The notes under the pieces are model-generated. The model was not told the DNA's origin. It saw only the letters and a list, made by a program, of their open reading frames with translations, and did no database searches. A DNA stretch of 64,000 nt, from contig LSRY02000013.1 of assembly GCA_001643675.2 (NCBI GenBank), positions 186,001-250,000 of the forward strand, given 5' to 3'. This document shows positions 1-10,845 of this stretch, in pieces. The translations under genes were made by a program, and so were the position numbers. Position 1 is the first letter of the stretch, and every line of letters begins with the position of its first letter. Source of the DNA: Monocercomonoides exilis PA203. Lineage: Eukaryota; Protista; Preaxostyla.

Positions 1-204
1 AATATAAAAAAAAATCAATATAGATCTCTTCCCATATAATATTAATAAAGAAGATTTGTTCTTTTTGTTTAAACAAAAAAGATATATAAAATTTATTTGT
101 CAAAAAGTTTCTGTTAAAATTTAAAATTTGAATATTTTTGAATAAACATTTAATAAAAAAAATTTTTTTAAATATTATTTTCTAAAAAAAACATAAAAAG
201 AAAT

Positions 205-2811
205 TCAAGTGTCTTTCAAAGCTTGAGCTGCTCGATATTTCACATCTGCATCCGAATCGCTGGAAGCCATTCTCTCGAGAGTAGCGATGGCCTCCTTCTT
301 CCAAGCGGTCCTTGTCATAATCCTAATTAAAATTCCCAGAGTGTCTGCCGCGTTGAGCCTGACGTTCGGTACGACATCCCTGCTCAGTCCAGAGACAGCC
401 GGGAGTGCCTGTGTGAAGAGGTACTCTTCAGAGCACACAGCAGCAAAAGTGCCCAAACAGGCGAGCCCTGTCTGCCTCTCCTTGTGCGTGTTCCCGCGGC
501 AGAGGGTGCAGCAGAAGGGCATCAGGTTCTTCCCCACCCACTCTGGCCCAAACACTTTGCCCACCTCACACAGACACGCCATCCCTGCCTTCCGCACTGC
601 CACGACGCCGTCGCACACCCAGTCGAGGCACATCGGCAGGAGCTTCTCTTTGAAGGCTGCCTCGTGCATCTCAGTGGCGACAAGGGGGATGGACGACATC
701 ACACTCACACGCACACGCCAGGGTATGTCATCAGAAGTGAGGGACTCAATCGCAGGGACGAGACGGGCGCTGATCTGGTTGAGATCAAGCACCTGGGAAT
801 GAGAGAGAGAAATGGAGGAAAGAAGAAGAGAGAAGAAGAAAGAAAATTGATAAGTTAAGAGAAAAGGAAGATGATAAAAGAAGAAAAAAAGAGTATTTTA
901 TTGTGTAAAGGAATGAACATTTAACAGATGATTCAGAGAGAAAGAGAAAGAGAAAGATAAAAAATAATAATCATCAAATAAACAAGTCAGACTTTTGTGA
1001 TAGAAGAAAGATTGGCAAGGACTGTCTGTCTGACTTCGATTGATTCTCTGTCTGAGAGAAAGTCCAGCAGAAGAGGGAGGACTTCTCTGTTGAATTCGCT
1101 TTTTGTGAGAAGAGAAGACACAGCCATCACTCCAACAACAAGCGTCTCTGTGAAGAAGAAGAAGAAGAAGAAGAAGAAGAAGAAAAAATGAGAATAAAAG
1201 AATGATTTTTAAAAGATATTGAAGAATTATTAAAAACAAAAACGAAAACAAAAAAAAAAAATAGCATTGAAAGAAGTTCAAAGAAACAATATTTTTTAAA
1301 CCAATTATTAGAAAATGAAAAAAGAAATATTTCATAAAAAATCCATATAAACATTATCATTCACCTTTGAAAGTGCATCCATCGTCTTTTGCTATTTCCT
1401 TGATGGGTGGCAATATCTGCTTCACAATCACTTCAGCTGGAAGTCTCTCACACACAGAAGCCAATCTGGCTGATGCTTCTGTCTTCACAACTGGCTCAGA
1501 ATCCTTTTGAGTCAAAGAGGAAAGGAAAGAAAGATTGGAAATAGAAACAATAAGAAGAAGAAATATTTCATTCCATTAAAATTTTGAGATTTTCAGACAA
1601 ATGGAAATCACTCACCATATTTTAGTGATAAATCAAAATTAATGAAAATTCAACAATTGATAAAAAATAAACATAAAAATCCCTTTTTGACACAATTTCT
1701 TTTCTTTTCTTTTCTTTTCTTTTTCATCCCATTTGCACACCCCCAGCAACTCCAAATAAATCGGAATGATTTCCTGTCTCACTTCATTCACCGACGGCGA
1801 CGCACACAGCCCGTCGATAAGCTCTGCTGCTTTGTATCTCACCCTCCACGAATTGTCCTTTGCGAGGCAACGGGCAATGGGGAGGATGACAGCACACGTC
1901 TCTTCGCTCGTCAGCTGCTTCGCTGCTGCCACAACAGCACCCATCATCCACAGCCGGATGGCGTCGTGTGTGTCTTGCGAGAGCCTCCCCATCATCTCTG
2001 CTATCCTCCCTTTCAGATGCACTTTCTCCACATGCGGAATTAGATTCTGAGGAAGAAGACAAAACATCGAATATTCAGATTAAGAAAGATAAAACGAATA
2101 AATAATGCACACTTTTAATGATTGAGCTGCAAAATTTCTGACTATTTGAACAGGATCTTCTACGAGTCGTGAATACATTTGAAGAAGTTCCTCTTTTTGA
2201 TTCTCAAGGCAATGCGGATAAACAGCTGGAAACAAACAACTCGCAGACACACGCATTGTAAACCAATCTGAAGTGCAGAAGCGCTTCACCAAATCAAATC
2301 CTTGTGAAGCCACGTCTGCAGGAGGCATTGCTTCCAAAACTGTTATTAGTGAATTACAAGCCTTCAAAAAGAAAATGGTTATAATTCAAAAAGGAAAAAA
2401 AACTACTTCAAAAACATACGGACTCTCTAACAAAAGCATCTTCTTTCGAAGCAAGAAGTTCCAAAGGGCGTATCAAAGTATAAGCGAATGAACTTCCTCC
2501 CACTAAATCCACAAATTTTCCAAGCTCCTCAGAAAATACGCCAAGAACTTCATCACCATCTGAAAAAAAATCTGTGAAAATAGGAAATGTTGTTTAAAGA
2601 AGACAACATTCTTCAATCATTTCAAACTTTGAATAAATGGTAAAAATTCATTTCTTGTTCGTTGCGGTCCAACTGCTCGTGCAATGAAACATAAATTTTC
2701 TGCTCCTCTTAAATGTGCCTTTTCATCATGAGTTTGAAAACCTTCGAGAAAATTTGCAGCTTGAAGAAGCATATCTTCAGTAATATCTGAAATCATTCCT
2801 TTAATATTCAT
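205..2811 (-). CDS. PPP2R1A: Protein phosphatase 2A scaffold (A/PR65) subunit, HEAT repeats, multi-exon
   Basis: Exons give IARAVGPQRTRNEFLPFI, SDWFTMRVSASCLF, DNSWRVRYKAAE, WRVRVSVM, DVVPNVRLNAA and DSDADVKYRAAQAL, matching PR65 HEAT motifs in order. GT-AG introns join them in frame. Confidence 0.93.
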
Positions 2812-2997
2812 ATAAGAAATTATTTCAAAAATAATGTTTCAGAATCAAAAAATTAAAATTATTTGCATCCAAGGATTGCAAAGTTAAAACCTATTGACAT
2901 TTTTTAAAAAAAGAAATATCCTTCAAAGAATTTTCTTCAAGATGAAATAAATTTATTATATATCATGATCTTTTTCTTTTTTTTGTTGAAAAGAAAA

Positions 2998-5900
2998 ATG
3001 CTCGTGTATGCACTGCTTCTGCTGTCGTCTTTGGTTTATACCGTGGACAGAACAAAATATATGGTGTATGAGGAATCAGGATTTTACAGAAGAAACAGAT
3101 CATTATTTCCTGGAGCTGCGCCATTCTATTTGTCCCCAGATGTAACTGTTCACAACACTTCGATAACTGGGATCGTTATAAATAGACTTGAATCAGTTAT
3201 TCTTTCTTACACATTTTCCTTTTATGAAGAAGGGATTGTTCGCTTTACTCTCTTTGAAGAAGATGGGTTGTATATGCGTTTGCCGATTTCTGATGTCTTG
3301 ATAGATTATGTTGAGCCATGTCCAATTTCAGCAACGAAAGATAATGAAACAATGATTATTAAATTTGGAAATTATCAGATGAAAATTTATTTCAAACGAT
3401 TTTTGTTTGAACTTAGTGATGAAAATGGCGTTTACATGATGCTTAACAAAAATAAGATGTTCAATTTCGAACATTACAGAGAACGTCCAAGATGGATGCC
3501 AGAGGTTACTGTGAAATCTTCATCTATAAAAGGAAAAGAATCAACGGTGACAGTTCCATCAACGACTGCTGTTAGACGAAAGCCACTTTCTTTGCCAATT
3601 CCTGGAAAGTATCCTGCCGAAACAGATAATATGTGGGAAGAGACCTGGCGTGGGTTCACAGATTCGAAGCCTCGAGGCCCATCTTCCTTGGGATTGGAAG
3701 TGACATTTGTTGGAATGAGTGATGTTCACGGATTGCCTGAACGAGCGACCACTTTGTCTCTTCCGACCACAAAGGGAAGAGACCCAGTCATCAGAGAACC
3801 TATTCGCTTATATAACACCGATGTCTTCCAATACGAGATGGACTCGCTCCAGCCGCTGTATGGCTCCATCCCGCTGGTTGTTGGGCGGCATCCGATGACA
3901 GGCAGAGCAGCTGGCTGCCTGTGGCTGAATGCAGCAGACACGTGGGTCGACATTGAGAAAGAGCGGGGCACTGACACGTTCAGCACAGGAGTCATTGATG
4001 CAGAGACCGGAGAAATGTACACGAAAAATGGAAGACCCGCCATCAAGACGAACATCACTGTGCATTTCATCAGCGAGGCCGGTCAGATGGACGTGCTGTG
4101 CTGGCCAGGCAACAACAGAAAGAGCAAAAACCAGAACAAAATGAAAAACACAGAGGAAATGAAGCAACAGCAACAGAAGAATGGATCAATCAAAGAGAAC
4201 GAACCAGCCTCAAACAAAACATCTGTCAATGCAACAACAAACAACACATCAACAAGCAATTCGTCTTCAGCCAACAGTCAGACATTTCGAGACAGAGGGC
4301 ATTATCTCACAGGCATGGCATCAGTCATGTGGAAGTATGCTCGGCTGACGGGTGCTCCGTGTCTGCCTCCTCTCTTTGCACTGGGCTACCACCAATGTCG
4401 ATGGAACTATTTCACCGACGCCGAAGTGAGCGGGATTGTGGCTGGGTTTGACGAGCACCGCATTCCGATGGATGTGGTGTGGCTGGATGTGGAGCACACA
4501 GAGAGGAAGAAGTACTTCACGTGGAATAGGCTCAGCTTTCCCGAGCCTGTGGTTATGCAGGAGAAGATGGCGCAGATGGGGCTGAAGCTGGTGACGATTG
4601 TTGATCCGCATGTGAAGCAGGAGGGAGGTTACCCCGTGGGCGGTGAGGCTGGCGTGAACGGCTTCCTCATCCGCACTAGCGATGGCGAGACGCCATTCGA
4701 AGGCAACTGCTGGCCAGGTATCTCAGTCTACCCAGACTTCCTCGACCCCACAACACGCTATTGGTGGAGCGAGTATTTCTCCGCTGCACCTCGACGATTC
4801 GGAGAATCTTCTGAGATTCTGCAGGCGACGGGGCAGGCGTGGAGTGCATCGACGCTTGGCACGCCCATCCTGCACCACTGGAACGATATGAACGAGCCAA
4901 CTGTATTTGACGGGCCGGAGACTTCGATGCCGAAGGACTGCCTGCATTTGGATGGAAGAGAGCATCGCGAGGTGCACAATGTGTTTGGACACCACTTTGT
5001 GATGGCGACTCATCAAGGGATGAGCACAAGATACGCCTTCACTTCGAAGATACAATACCAGTCATCTTCAGCAGCTGCCTCTGCCACTGCACGGAAGCAC
5101 TCTCAACCGCTGCCGATGCAGGCAGAGCGGCCGTTCATCCTCACTCGCTCGTTCTTTGCAGGCACGCAGCGCTATGCAGCCATGTGGACAGGAGACAACA
5201 CAGCCAGCTGGAGCCAGCTGAGAGGAGGGATAGCGATGCTGCTGACGATGTCGGTGAGCGGGTTCCCGTTTGTTGGCACAGACATCGGTGGGTTCTTCTT
5301 TGACCCCACACCTGAGCTGATGATCAGATGGTACCAGGCTGCTGCATTCACCCCGTTCTTCCGGTCGCATGCCCATCTGGACACGAAACACAGAGAGCCG
5401 TGGATGTTTGAAGCAACCGACAAGGACATCATGAGAGAAGCCATCATTGGCAGATACAAGCTGCTCCCGCTGTTCTACACGCTATTCCACGAGGCGGCTG
5501 ATGTTGGGCTGCCAGTCATGCGGCCTGTGTGGATGGAGTGCGCGTGGGAGCTGCCTCGCACGATGGATACGAGCGAAATTGCAGGATTCAAGCAGCAGAC
5601 AACTGAAAATGTTGAGGAATCGAAGAAACAGAATGAAGGGAATACAGAAGATAATGATGAGCAACAAGAAGCATCAACAAATTCTTCAAATGAATCAGAT
5701 GAAAATAAGAAAACCGAACAAACAAACAGCACAAAGCCGAACGAGAGGCTTTTGGAAGAAAGAAAAAAAGCAGCAAAACTACGAAAAGAAGAGAAGAAGA
5801 GGGAGCGTTTGAGAACAGAGCATTTTTATGCTGACGAAGAGACGTTTATGGTTGGGTCATCGTTTTATGTTGTGCCCATCACAGAGTCTGGTATCAAGAC

Positions 5901-7032
5901 AAAGACGATCTATCTTCCACCCTATCGCAATCCAGATGCGCTCAGCAGAGACACAAAAGAAGCAGACGAATTATCAGAGCCTTCTTTTTCACCAAACATC
6001 ACACAGCCTCCTGTTGACCGAAGTGGCTGTCTGCTATGGTATTCACATGCAACTGGAAGAAGCTACAACGCGTGCCGCAGCCACCCCATTCAGATGGCTG
6101 TGCGGCGCAGTCACATTCCAGTCTTCCAGCGCGGCGGGTCGGTTGTGCCGACGTGGCAGCGCTACCGACGCTCCTCGTTCCACATGATCAACGACCCACT
6201 CACGCTGATTGTGGCACCTGATGGCAACGGACAGGCAGAAGGAGAGCTGTTTATGGACGATGGGCACTCACACGCATGGGCAGCGCTGGGACACATGGCG
6301 AGGAGAAGGTTCAGTATGAGGAAGCATGTGTTTGATGTGCTGGACGAGGCAGGGAAAGCTGCCAATAACACAACCACATCCACAACTACGGTAAGTAATG
6401 AAGCTCAAAAGAAGACGAGCTTACTGGGAAAACTGTTTGGGAAAGGAGCAGGAAAAGCAGAAGTTGGATCGAAAAAGCCGTCAAAGCCCACAGCTACGCT
6501 GACAATCACAAACAGAGACATTCCTCAGCCGCCTGTTGGCTTCAGACACATCACAAGCACAGACTACTATGCAGGGCTGATTTCTTCGATGCGCCAGGCA
6601 GCTGCACAAGTATCAGCACTGTCATCAAACAGAACATCTTCTCCTTCATCTTCTAATTCTAATTCTTCTTCTAATTCAAGCACAAATGCATCAGCGTATG
6701 ATGCAGCAGTTGATGCAGCGATTGAGTCTGTCTTTGAGCCTCTTGTGTTTCCACCATTTATCGATTCAGACTCACCGCCACTGCAGTCGACGTGGGCAGA
6801 GATCAAAGAAAGAAGCTGGGTGGAAAAGATCATTTTGCGGGGGCAGCCTACAGAGCCATTCAAAGCTGTGCTGCGTATTAAAAAACAGAAAGAACAGGGA
6901 AAGAATGAAGAAAAATTGGTTGAGGAGATTCCAATTGCTTTTGAATATACACCACACAGCAACACTGCAACGCTTGTTATTCCGAAACAGGCGAGAACAT
7001 GCGAAGATTGGGATATTATCATAACAATTTAA
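2998..7032 (+). CDS. GANAB: Glucosidase II alpha subunit (GH31), intronless, with low-complexity insertions
   Basis: Signal peptide MLVYALLLLSSLV; RLYNTDVFQYE, LYGSIP, LGYHQCRWNY, catalytic WNDMNEP and WTGDN, FFRSHAH. ATG 2998 preferred over 2965. Confidence 0.95.
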   Translation: MLVYALLLLSSLVYTVDRTKYMVYEESGFYRRNRSLFPGAAPFYLSPDVTVHNTSITGIVINRLESVILSYTFSFYEEGIVRFTLFEEDGLYMRLPISDVLIDYVEPCPISATKDNETMIIKFGNYQMKIYFKRFLFELSDENGVYMMLNKNKMFNFEHYRERPRWMPEVTVKSSSIKGKESTVTVPSTTAVRRKPLSLPIPGKYPAETDNMWEETWRGFTDSKPRGPSSLGLEVTFVGMSDVHGLPERATTLSLPTTKGRDPVIREPIRLYNTDVFQYEMDSLQPLYGSIPLVVGRHPMTGRAAGCLWLNAADTWVDIEKERGTDTFSTGVIDAETGEMYTKNGRPAIKTNITVHFISEAGQMDVLCWPGNNRKSKNQNKMKNTEEMKQQQQKNGSIKENEPASNKTSVNATTNNTSTSNSSSANSQTFRDRGHYLTGMASVMWKYARLTGAPCLPPLFALGYHQCRWNYFTDAEVSGIVAGFDEHRIPMDVVWLDVEHTERKKYFTWNRLSFPEPVVMQEKMAQMGLKLVTIVDPHVKQEGGYPVGGEAGVNGFLIRTSDGETPFEGNCWPGISVYPDFLDPTTRYWWSEYFSAAPRRFGESSEILQATGQAWSASTLGTPILHHWNDMNEPTVFDGPETSMPKDCLHLDGREHREVHNVFGHHFVMATHQGMSTRYAFTSKIQYQSSSAAASATARKHSQPLPMQAERPFILTRSFFAGTQRYAAMWTGDNTASWSQLRGGIAMLLTMSVSGFPFVGTDIGGFFFDPTPELMIRWYQAAAFTPFFRSHAHLDTKHREPWMFEATDKDIMREAIIGRYKLLPLFYTLFHEAADVGLPVMRPVWMECAWELPRTMDTSEIAGFKQQTTENVEESKKQNEGNTEDNDEQQEASTNSSNESDENKKTEQTNSTKPNERLLEERKKAAKLRKEEKKRERLRTEHFYADEETFMVGSSFYVVPITESGIKTKTIYLPPYRNPDALSRDTKEADELSEPSFSPNITQPPVDRSGCLLWYSHATGRSYNACRSHPIQMAVRRSHIPVFQRGGSVVPTWQRYRRSSFHMINDPLTLIVAPDGNGQAEGELFMDDGHSHAWAALGHMARRRFSMRKHVFDVLDEAGKAANNTTTSTTTVSNEAQKKTSLLGKLFGKGAGKAEVGSKKPSKPTATLTITNRDIPQPPVGFRHITSTDYYAGLISSMRQAAAQVSALSSNRTSSPSSSNSNSSSNSSTNASAYDAAVDAAIESVFEPLVFPPFIDSDSPPLQSTWAEIKERSWVEKIILRGQPTEPFKAVLRIKKQKEQGKNEEKLVEEIPIAFEYTPHSNTATLVIPKQARTCEDWDIIITI

Positions 7033-7320
7033 CTGAATTATTTTACAAGTCAACTGTTGCTTCGCTATTTCACTTCACATTTATGTTCATTTGTTTACAT
7101 TCTTGCGTAATATTGTTGCATTGCTTTTTCATTTCTTCCATTTCATTGAATGTGATATTGTTTAAATTTCACCCGCATATTTTTATTTTCTTTTCAGAAG
7201 AGTAAAATAAAATTAAAACGAAGTGAACTTTAGTTATGAATAAATCTTTGAAACAGTAAATATTGAAGAGAAGAAGATAAAAAAATGAGACAGAATGTTT
7301 TGTGATTTTTTTGTTTCGAA

Positions 7321-7991
7321 TCAACGCTCAGCTCTGACAGAGCACAGTCTTTGAGCTCTTCTGAGGATAGCATCTTTGGAGGAATCGTACTAAGAATTTG
7401 AATTAATTCCGATTGAATCGCGTTTTAAAAAAACATATTTAAAGAACAAAAAGGATCACACTTCTTTTTCTTTCCCTGGAACCTCCAAAATAGCGGGCAA
7501 TGGAGAAGAAAAATCTTCAATTGTTTCTCGGATCATTTCAGCAATCTGAAAAACACGAATAATAAATATTAACAATGCATCATGAAGAAAAGGAAATTGA
7601 TACGTGTTGTGTGATAATCAAAATTCCAATGTCTGGACGTGTAGTGAATTTATGAAAAGCTTCTGCAACTTGGTCTTGAGTAGTTTCTTAAAAAAGAAAA
7701 AAATAAATTATTTTTTATTTATTTTCAAAGGTAAATCCAATACATTCATTATTCTCAAAATAGTAATTAACAATGCAAACTGGAATCAACAATAAAGTAA
7801 TTTGTGTTGTGAGAATTGTCCATGTTGCCAAGCCCGGTGAGCAAAAGACCAGTGACCAAATCCTGAAATAGAATGCAAATAGAAGAATTTTCAAAGTTCA
7901 TATTTTAATAAAATTAAAGTTAAACTCGGCGGCATACTTCTTCTCCAATTACAGCAATCAGTAAGCTTCCTTCACGCACTCTTTTTGTCAT
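7321..7991 (-). CDS. ATP6V1F: V-type ATPase subunit F, 5 short exons (not in ORF track)
   Basis: Manual splicing gives MTKRVREGSLLIAVIGEE|DLVTGLLLTGLGNMDNSHNTNYFIVDS|KTTQDQVAEAFHKFTTRPDIGILIITQH|IAEMIRETIEDFSSPLPAILEVPGKEKE|YDSSKDAILRRAQRLCSVRAER*, colinear with the V1-F consensus (LIAVIGDEDTVTGFLL...PAVLEIPSKEHPYD..KDSILRRA). All introns GT-AG. Confidence 0.95.
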
Positions 7992-8125
7992 TTCACTTTA
8001 CTCATGGGTATGATCACAATAAAAATAAAGTTGTGGGTATCGGTTCAATTAATAGTTTTCTTTCTATTTGTGTTTCTAGTGAATAAACGATTCATTAAAA
8101 AGAATTTTATTAATTAATATTTACG

Positions 8126-10658
8126 ATGGCGCATCGGGTAAGTAATGTATTGAGAAATCGACATCCCTATCAACAAACATCTTTCAAACGAGATCCAACG
8201 ACCGTATGAATTGATTATAATTTTGAAATCTCTTTCAAATTTAAAAACAATTAAATTTTACATTTGCTTTACGTTATTTTCGTAGATTGCACTTGCTCAT
8301 GGGAATCTCGGCTTGATTAAAATAAAAGAATTATTACAAAATGAAGAACTCACAGAAGAATCAAAGCTTGAGGTAAACTTTCTTTATATCTCTATTACAT
8401 ATTTTTTAACATTTTTTTACACGGAAAACAAAGACACTTCATCTTTTGAGTCCATTGTTATCAAATCAAGAAACAAAATTGCGCGCAATAATGCTTGGTA
8501 TGTCTCTTTTTTGATTTTTTTTATTGTTTTATGAACTCTTCTTGGGTTTAACGTATTAAAGAACTTCCACTTCTTGTTGTTAGTTTTCTTCATTCTCATA
8601 TTCCCGAGACTCGAATGGTTGCAGCTGATATTATTGGGTCTATTTCGCTAGTTCCTCAAGGAATTGACATGCTCATGACTACAAATGTTGCCCTTACCCT
8701 TTCGGAAATGCTTAGAGATAGGGACATTCGCTGTAAAAAAAGTGCTGCAAAAGCTTTGTGGAAAATGAGTGAAAGTTTAATACTTTTTCAGTTTTATTTC
8801 ATATAATTGTTATAATAAATTTTTTTATGACTTAACTATAAAATTGATTTCATGCAGCTGCTGAAGGTGAAAAGCTTATCACATCAACAGGAGGATGCAT
8901 CCAGCTTATCAGCAAAGCAATCATTTTTCCATCAATCGAGGTGAGGCAATTCTTTTTATTCATCTCTGAAAATTTCCTTCAACATTTTTCTCTTGCTTAT
9001 TTTAGATGGTCATTTGTGGGATCATTCAAAATGTATCTCAAAACGAAGAAGCAGCAGATATTGTGTCAAGCTGCGATATTCTGCCTCGGCTGATGGGAGT
9101 TGTGGAGAGATACACTAAAAACAGGGAAGCTGCTGTTTCTGCCATTTCTTCGCTTTTCAACTGCACAAGAACAAACATTGTATGCTTTTTTTCCCCATGC
9201 TAATTAGCTCTTAAATGTTGTATCTATTTTTTTGTTTTATATCAAATTGATATTTGAAACCTAATTTGTTTGTGTGGATAATTCTTCAAAAGGGCAAAAG
9301 AGCAGCCGTCGAGAACGACTTTGTCATGCGAGCCGGTGCCATTGTTGACTCAACCTTGTCTCTTGTTCCGTATGAGCAGAGCATCAATGCACACGATGTG
9401 ACACTCGAATGTCTGGAAGAAGTGGCAGAGAAGACGCGACACGCGCGGCGGATGCGGTTTCTGGACGGAGTGTGCAGCGAGCGGATAATTGAGCGGGAAG
9501 AGATGGAAGTGGCTGAGCGGCAGAAGGAGAGGGACGAGCGGAGGAGCGCAGAGAGAGAGCAAAGAAGGGCAGAGCACGAAGAGATGGGTATTCCGCTGGA
9601 CGAAGAGGAGGAGGCAGAGAGGAGGCAGATTGAGGACGAGGAAGACGCGATGGACGAGTGGATGCTGCAGCAGCAGAGGGAGATCGACGAGAATGTGTTT
9701 GCAGACTCGGAACAAGGGCAGATATTGACTATAAGAGCGACAGCAATGGGTTTGATATTTTTATAAATGAATTTTTTAAATTGGATTTAACTGCTATTTA
9801 ATTTCAATCATCAAAAATTATCATTTTGATGATGTCACTTCTTAATTTTGAAACTGAATTCAAAAAAAATTTTTTTGAATGCCAACTGAAGGCGTGCTGT
9901 CACATCTGATGTTTTCGCTCAACGGCCGCAAAGCAGCTCTGCCAGCAGACACAACTCCACTCGAAGAAGACCTGGCCATTGCGGTGACAGCGTGTGCGGC
10001 TGAAGACAAGGAGCTTGGCGAGATCAAAAAGAAAGAGGCAGAAGAAGCGCGGCTGAGAGAGGCAGAGATGGAAAAGCAGAGGCTGATTGAGGAAGCAGCG
10101 AAGGCTGAGCTGGGCGAGGAGATAGGTGCAGCAGAGGAAGGCGACGAGAACAGGAGTGAGGAAGGAGGGATGTATGGAGACGAAGATACACAAGGCAGCG
10201 AGGACGGGGAGACAGGGAAAGAAAGCTACGGCGAAGGCAAAGGGGATGTGGATGGGATGGACAGCACACGTCTGTCGGAAGAGCTGCCAGACGAAGACGG
10301 TGTGGATGAAGAGATGCTGATGAGCGACAATGTTCAAGTGCCACAGGAGATTGAGCAGACTAACATTGAACCGGAGCCTGCTGCTCCTCAGCCATATGGA
10401 TCAACAGCATCGTCTGCAGAGAAGGTCGATCAACTCAGCAGTTCGCCAATTGATCTGCCTCTTGTTTCTTTGATGGTGGACGCGTTGCTCAGCTGCGAGC
10501 CACTGACTTCCTGGCACGCTTTTTCTGCACTTGCTTTTCTTTGTGAATTGCCAGCGGGGAAAAGAGCTTTTCTCAGAGAAGCTGCAGCCAAAAACGCACA
10601 TCCTGCAATGGTACAAGAAGTGTTAAAGTTTGTTGGAAGAACGCACAGATATTTGTGA
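8126..10658 (+). CDS. RSPH14: Armadillo-repeat protein, radial spoke head 14 (RSP14/RTDR1)-like, multi-exon, with acidic/coiled-coil insertions
   Basis: Spliced N-terminus MAHR...DPTT|IALAHGNLGLIKIKELL resembles RSPH14 (ITTAYGHRALPKLKEEL). GVLSHLMFSLNGRKAAL and LAFLCELPAGKRAF resemble GALMFATVITEGKYAAL and LTMLAEAPEGRKAL. Confidence 0.7.
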
Positions 10659-10845
10659 ACAAACTCTACTTCAAAATATTCTCTCTTACACTGTTACTTA
10701 TCTTATATCAATTTATTATCATTTCACAATTTCTTTTATTTGTTTAAGTTGAATTTGTATAAAAATTGATTAGATCATGTCATGTATTATTCATTGAAAA
10801 AAAGGAAAATAATCTAAACATCAGAATTTTTTCGTGGAACTGTGC

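Noticed and set aside
9750-9891. TGATGA...CTGA and two small hairpins in an RSPH14 intron as a C/D snoRNA
   Set aside because: Very AT-rich, no terminal stem or recognisable rRNA guide; compatible with chance.
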